Shown here: positions 56,327-64,000 of the stretch, piece by piece
How the letters are laid out: every line of letters begins with the position of its first letter
Position numbering within the stretch: the stretch's first letter is position 1
Assembly: GCF_022539665.2 (NCBI RefSeq)
Contig: NC_081331.1
Span: 14,198,001 to 14,262,000, forward strand
Reading direction: 5' to 3'
Source: Daphnia carinata
Taxonomy: Eukaryota
Length of the DNA: 64,000 bases
Made by a program: the position numbers and the translations under genes
The notes under the pieces: generated by a model
Seen by the model: only the letters and a program-made list of their open reading frames with translations
Databases searched by the model: none
What the model was told of the DNA's origin: nothing

Positions 56327-56617
56327 TTTTCAATTGTTCCTCCAGCACCGCGTTATTCTCTCCATCCACGCTACTGAACTAGCTGCGAATGGCATCCAAT
56401 GGACTGAAATTGCCAACGCCAGTAATAACGAGTCTGAGCGGTAGATGGCTACGTGTCGGAAAAAAAGAAAAAAGTGTGATTTTTTTTTGTTTTGGGGAAT
56501 TTTTTTTTTTTTTTTTTTTTTGTAAAACGGATTGCCATAATCATCTACGTTATTATGAACAGCCTCTATTCATACTCGCCATCTAGTTTCCCGATGGAAA
56601 ACTAAATTGATTGGTGG

Positions 56618-57882
56618 AAAAGTCGGGCTTATTTTGTCGGGCTTATTTTTTGACATAAATGTTATGACCTTATGCTAGCGCGCCAGTACGCTACAACACT
56701 AGCGCGATGCTGCATATTCGGCGTATTTCCAAAATGGTTGCCTGAATGAATAAAATAACAATGTTATCGGTTTCAGCATTCAATTTTGAGTATATCCTGT
56801 GATTTTCAACCAATCCCGATGAGTGCTGGTTTGTGCAGGAAAAAATTTTAAGCCCGACTAAATAAGCCCGACTACATATATAAGCCCGACTACATATATA
56901 AGCCCGACTTTCTTATTTTTTGCACGAATATTCGGTATATTTAAAAAAACGGCTAACCTGACAAGAAAACGAATGGCTTTTTCTGAATCAGCGTTAAATT
57001 CTGACTATAACGTATGATTTTCATCGAATTCCAAAAGATTTTATTTTTGGCCGATTTTATCAAAAGTGAGAAGGCTAAAGCCTTCTCATTTTTTCATTTT
57101 TGGCTAAATTTTAAATTTCGCTTAAAATACATGATTTCGATTCAGAATTGAATGTTTATCACGATACTAAAATTTATTTTTCAATTGGCCTCATAGTTTT
57201 TAAATTAAACGTCAAAAACACTAGGTCGGGCTTATTTTGTCGGGCTTAAAATTTGTAACTGCAAAAACTGACGCTCACTGGAATTGGTTGAAAATCACAG
57301 GATATAGTCAAAATTTAATGCTGATTACGGAAAAATTGCTATTTTTACCATTAAGTTACTCGTTTTTGAAATACACCGAATATTTGACACAATGCTAGCG
57401 CGCCAGTATGCTACAGCGCTAGAGCGATGCAGCATAGATATATTCGGTGTATTTCCGAAATGGTTGACTTGATGAATAGAATAACATTTTACAGGAATCA
57501 GCATTCAATATGGTATATATCCTGTGGTATTCAACAATTCCGATGAGTGTCAGTTTTTGCAGAAAAAATTTTTAAGCTCGACTAAATAACCCCGACTTTT
57601 CTTATTTTTTCGTTTTTTACGTTTAATTAAAAAATCATAAGGCCGATTGAAAAATAAATTTTATTTTCATGATTACCATTCAATTCTGCATCGAAATCAT
57701 GTGTTTTAAGCGAAATTTAAAATTTAGCCAAAAATGAAAAAGTGAGAAGGCTATAGCCTATTAAGTCAACCATTTTGGAAATACCCCGAATATATCTATG
57801 CTGTATCGCACTAGCGCTGTAACGTACTGGCGCGCTAGCATATAGGATCAAATATTCGGTCTATTTCTAAAACGATTAACTT
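56618..57882. mobile_element. Complex foldback cluster of the TAAGCCCGAC family
   Basis: 56672-56860 is repeated directly at 57392-57600 and inverted at ~57240-57385 and ~57760-57841. 57065-57220 is inverted at ~57610-57760. TAAGCCCGAC arrays occur at 56618-56647, 56849-56910 and 57225-57250. Confidence 0.75.
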
Positions 57883-58288
57883 TCACGAACCTTTTTCGTT
57901 GTCATGACAACCAGAGAGCCATCTAGTGTTTGATAAGCATAGGAAAGAGGAAGCAGACTACGTTCAATAAGTTTGACAGCTTACCGGGGTTATTAGGGTG
58001 TGTGAGCTTTTTTGTTGGGAAGGAACCGTAAATAGAATGGTAAAATTAGACTTCTCCCCTTCGTGAACATTCGAGCGTCTTCGTGGTTTCTAGAAAGAAA
58101 AAATTTGTTTTTAAACTTTCAGTGAATGCGCTCCACGTTTAGTATTATCTAGCGCGCTATTCAAGAAACTTTGGAATTGCTACAGGTGAAGTACCAATTA
58201 CGGTGAGCTGCTGGATTTGAACAAAATCTATTTTATCTCTGGATCACATTTACTTTTTTACTTTTTATTTTTAAAATCTTTTAGGAAA

Positions 58289-61200
58289 ATGACTCATGAT
58301 AGTCCAACTGCACAGCTCAAAGAGGCTGGTAACGCAGCCTTCGCAGAAGGAGATTGGGACAAGGCCTTGACATGCTACACACAAGCTCTAAATTTGATTG
58401 AGTTGGACACTCCAGAGAAAGCTATTCTTTACAAAAATAAAGCAGCAGTGTACTTAAAAGTATCCGACTATGAAGCTGCCATCAAGGACTGTACTGCCTC
58501 TTTGGAAATCTCTCCCAATGATCCAAAAGCCCTTTTTCGTAGGTGCCAAGCATATGAGGCCTTGGAAAAATTTGAAGAGGCTTACAAAGATGCCAGACAA
58601 GTTCACAATTTAGATAAGAACAACAAAGCCATTGCACCCATTCTTCAAAGACTGCATGATATAGTCCAAGATAGGGTATGTTTTAAACAAAACTTGTTTA
58701 CATTTGTTTAGATAGAATCGCCCAGCAAATTATTGAATGTCGTCTGTCTTCCAGATGGCTCGGTTTGCTCAAACTACCACAAAAGTTACCCAGATGATGG
58801 AAATTGCGTTCGACTTGTCCACGACGGTCGAAAAGCGGGAAACGGCGACTTCCAATCTTCTAGTGCTTGCCAAGGAAAGTGCCGGTACGTTTTCCTGTTC
58901 AATTACACTATATTAAATTACCAATTACTATGTTTTGCTGATTTTTTTGTCGAATCTTTTAAATGAATTAATTATTTCTTAAAAATAAGGAGCTGATTTG
59001 TTGGTCAAGGAAGGGATATTTGAAAAGATTAACTCCCTGTTGAAAAAAGAAACCACTCCAAGTATTGTAGTGTCTTGTATTCGCATCGTCAGTGCATTGT
59101 GCAAAGGAAATTTGCCTCGGGTGAGTTGTTTTTGTTTACCACTTTTTCTATTTAATATGTATCTGAATGATTATACATCCAGGCTAAAATGGTTCTTCAA
59201 TTGCTTGGAGTTCCTTGGCTTCTTGATCAATTAAACTCAAATAATGATGACCAAGTTAGTGCAGCTCAGTATTGTTGTCAAACAGTGATCAATACCATTT
59301 CAGGTCTAGATTTGAAAGATGATAAACAACCCGATAAGGCGCTGTGTGAAGGTTTTTACCATTGAACTCTTTCTTTATAATTTTCGTTTTAAAATAACCA
59401 CAAAATTTATGTACATGAACAAAATGCAGCAAACCGCAAGGAAATCGACACCATTTTAACGTGCCTGATTTACTGTTCTACTAGCCGCACTATCACTGGA
59501 AAATGCCGAGATGCTGTTCTTGAGTTGATGATGAGGAACTGCGAATACCGTGCCTTAGACTGGGCGGAGCGTCTGGTCGATATCAATGGTATGTCTGAAG
59601 CTAAGTCGAACTAAATAGGAACTCGAGCAACACTTTTCAAACTGAATCTTTGTGAATTGTCGTTTTTAGGTTTACAGCGAATGATGCAAATAGCCAGTGA
59701 ACTGGAAGAGATGAAGTACGAATCATCAATGGAAATCACAGAAAATACGCGAACCATCATCTCTTGTGCCTTGGGCAAAGTCTATGACAACATGTACTAT
59801 GATTTGATCAAAGAGCGTTTCAGTGCAAAGATTGAAGATTTTATCCAGTAAGTTTGTCATTCTTTTTCATTGCCGTTTTTTTAAATGGAGGAATTATCTT
59901 GTGATCGTATTTTTAATTAGCGAACAACTACAAACTCCTGGCATGGAAAGCAAAGTTCGGGTGGTGGTTGCAGTCACAACATTGCTATTAGGACCGCTTG
60001 ATGTGGGCAGTTCTATTATAGGCAAGGAAGGTGTTTTAGAAATGATTCTCGTCATGGCCAACAGTGGCGACTTTCTTATGCAGGTAAGAAAAAAAGCTAT
60101 TTGTTTGACTTTTGATGAAAAAGAGTTCAATGCCTCTGATGACGCTCCTATTAAACTCTTTTTTAGCGAGTCTCGTGCGAGGCCCTGATCGCTGCCGCGT
60201 CGAAAAAGGATAAAGCGTCAGCTATTCTAGCCCAAGGTGTCACGATTCTCAAGAAACTCTACCAAATTGGCAATGACAATATCAAGGTAGGTTCGCATAC
60301 GAATAGAAATTAATAGGGGAAAAAAAAAAAGCAAAGTTAAATGAGTGACGAGTTGATTTTAAAATTACAGGTAAGAGCTTTGGTTGGCTTGTGCAAATTG
60401 GGAAGTTGCGGAGGCACTGACTCCTCTTGGAAGCCTTTCACTGACGGTTCCACAATGAAGTTGGCTGAAGCTTGTCGCAGGTGAGTCACGCTTTGTTTCA
60501 ATCTTATGAATAATTCAATTCACTTCAGTAAATTTGTTTTTTTTTTTAGGTTTTTGATCAACCCAGCGAAGGACAAAGACATGCGCAAGTGGGCTATTGA
60601 AGGCCTTTCCTATTTAACATTAGATGCTGAGGTTAAGGAGAAACTCATTGAGGACAAGGAAGCTCTTCAGTCACTTATTGAAGTGGCAAAGGTAGATAGT
60701 GAGAACATAATGATAGCATGGAATTTCTTAACGGCAAAACTTTGTCCATTTCTAGTCTGGAGATTTTTCAGTTATTTACGGAGTCGTGTCTACTTTAGTG
60801 AATCTTTGCAATGCGTACGACAAACAAGAAATCATCCCCGAAATGCTCGAATTAGCGAAATTTGCCAAACGGCATGTTCCGGAACAGCACGAATTGGACG
60901 ATCCCGATTTCGTTCATAAACGCGTTGATGTACGTATAACAAAAAGTTGGGATTGGTGAAACAATTGTTTTTTACTGTAAGATTTTTTCGATACTTTCAG
61001 ATTTTAGGGAAGGCAGGCGTTACGGTTGGTCTAGTTTCCTTATGCAAAACAGAGAGCGAAAATTGCAAAGAATTGATCGCAAGGTAAAACTTTGCCTTTT
61101 TCGTTTTTTTTTTTTTTTTTAACTTTAATCTAATGACGTTACCATTCTAGGGTATTCAATGCTATTTGCGAACACCAAAATTTGCGCGGCATTGTCGTCC

Positions 61201-62203
61201 AACAAGGTGGAGCGAAGGCTCTAATCCCTTTGGCACTCGAAGGTAATTGTATACAAATTTCGAAAATCGGATAAAAACTGATGTGCGATATGGTTTTCAA
61301 TGAAAATAATTTCATCAATAGGGACACCTAAAGGCAAATATCAAGCGAGTCAGGCATTAGCACGGATCGGTATAACCATCAACCCGGAAGTGGCATTCCC
61401 TGGACAGAGAATGTGTGAATTGATCCGACCACTCCTCGGACTTTTAGATCTCGAATGCAACGCTTTAGAAAATTTCGAAGCTTTGATGGCCCTTTGTAAT
61501 TTGGCTGGCTTCGAAGCGCCGAGAAAAAGGATCATCAAAGAGAACGGTGTTAGCAAAATTGAAAATTACATGTACGAAAATCACGACATGTTGCAAAAGG
61601 CGGCAGTGCAAGCGATGAGCAATTTGCTCTTTAGTGAGGAAGTAGTGAAATTGTTCGAAGGCAAAAACGACCGCACGAAATTCTTGGTCTTACTTTCCAC
61701 ATCGGAAGACATTGAAATGTCTAAAGCCGCAGCGGGAGCCATAGCCATTCTGACGTCCGTCAGCAAACGAGCGTCACGCAAGATTTTCGAGGTTTGTCTA
61801 CCCGCTCCCTTTTAAAGTTTCCCTGTTAACTTAAAAAAAAAAAAATATGTTTTGTGCTAGGCTTTGGAGTGGAAAGAGATTTTATGCTTTTTACTAAGCA
61901 ACAAAGACAAAGACGTGCAATACCGGGGGGCTGTCATTGTGAAAAACATTGCCAGCCATTCGAAAGAACTAGCAGAGAAATTGCTCGTACCTGAAGTGCT
62001 TCTGGTATTAGACGTTCTCTCCAAATTCGGTAGGGGAAGATTTCATTAGATGACTGTGCCGCGTACTTAATCTTTTCTTCACATTGGTTACTGTAGAAAC
62101 ACCTGAGATGGCAAAAGTTACCGAATGCGTCAAGGCAACTCTACAGCTGGCCGAGCAATGGAAACTTGTCGAGAAAGAAGACGAGTCAGAAGATGAGCTC
62201 TAA
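58289..62203 (+). CDS. unc-45: Myosin chaperone UNC-45 (TPR + central ARM + UCS domain), multi-exon
   Basis: Three TPRs ([25 protein letters not shown]...[13 protein letters not shown]). UCS motifs [41 protein letters not shown] and [15 protein letters not shown]. Stop at 62201-62203. Confidence 0.96.
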
Positions 62204-62353
62204 AATGAAATGAAATTAAGCCGATTCAAAAATATTTGTGCCTTTGCAAATCCACTCGTTAAAGTTAAATACACTTTATACGTCATTTGTCAAGATTAAA
62301 AAAAAAAATGAAATTTATTCATACGTATAAGATTATTGGTGATATGGCTGTGT

Positions 62354-63758
<1,405 letters not shown>

Positions 63759-64000
63759 TGTGATATTGTTGTCTGCGGATTTTCTTGTTTTTCGTTTGGA
63801 TCAGACTTGTCAACGAAAAAGGAAGAGTTGAAATCTTAAAGACGTCTCCGCCGTCGTCAGCTTTTCAAAAGGGATTACCGGTGCACTGTTGTCTGATTCC
63901 TCTAATTGGCTTCTTGATGACTGATTGAACAAAATGCATCCAAAGCCAAACGAAGAAGGGAATTATATATCCATCTTAGAGATTTACATATCACATGCAA

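Larger units (their letters stand above)
51546..56536. mobile_element. ~5.0 kb foldback (palindromic) element B: arms ~51546-53790 and ~54296-56536, ~0.5 kb spacer
   Basis: The arms are reverse complements along their length, as shown by mirrored ORF pairs 52196-52483/55594-55881 and 53556-53774/54318-54521. Termini GGCAATCCGTTTTAC are shared with element A. Confidence 0.9.

Noticed and set aside
56849..56910. TAAGCCCGAC arrays as CRISPR repeats
   Set aside because: The context is eukaryotic, the units are ~10 bp with tiny repeated spacers, and there are no cas genes.

Overview
Eukaryotic genomic DNA with short GT-AG introns and long homopolymer runs. The gene set and intron sizes suggest a Daphnia-like crustacean (inference). 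Host genes, left to right: three tandem secreted single-domain Kunitz genes (2.2-6.2 kb), RNA polymerase II second-largest subunit RPB2 (6.5-10.3 kb), a two-SRCR lysyl oxidase homolog (13.9-17.6 kb), a large phospholipase C epsilon locus with an ankyrin/ARM-like/FERM N-terminal extension (25.7-45.7 kb), UNC-45 (58.3-62.2 kb) and, convergent with it, RNF113A/Cwc24 (62.4-63.8 kb). The most unusual part is the repeat island at 46.4-57.9 kb. It holds two adjacent ~5 kb elements sharing GGCAATCCGTTTTAC termini, and the second is a near-complete palindrome. Three half-units share one layout: terminus with a CTCF-like motif, then a spliced cargo gene, then a conserved ~370-nt multi-hairpin element, then tRNA-like cassettes pointing back at that element. 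I see no transposase in the window. All calls come from reading the sequence; no searches were run.
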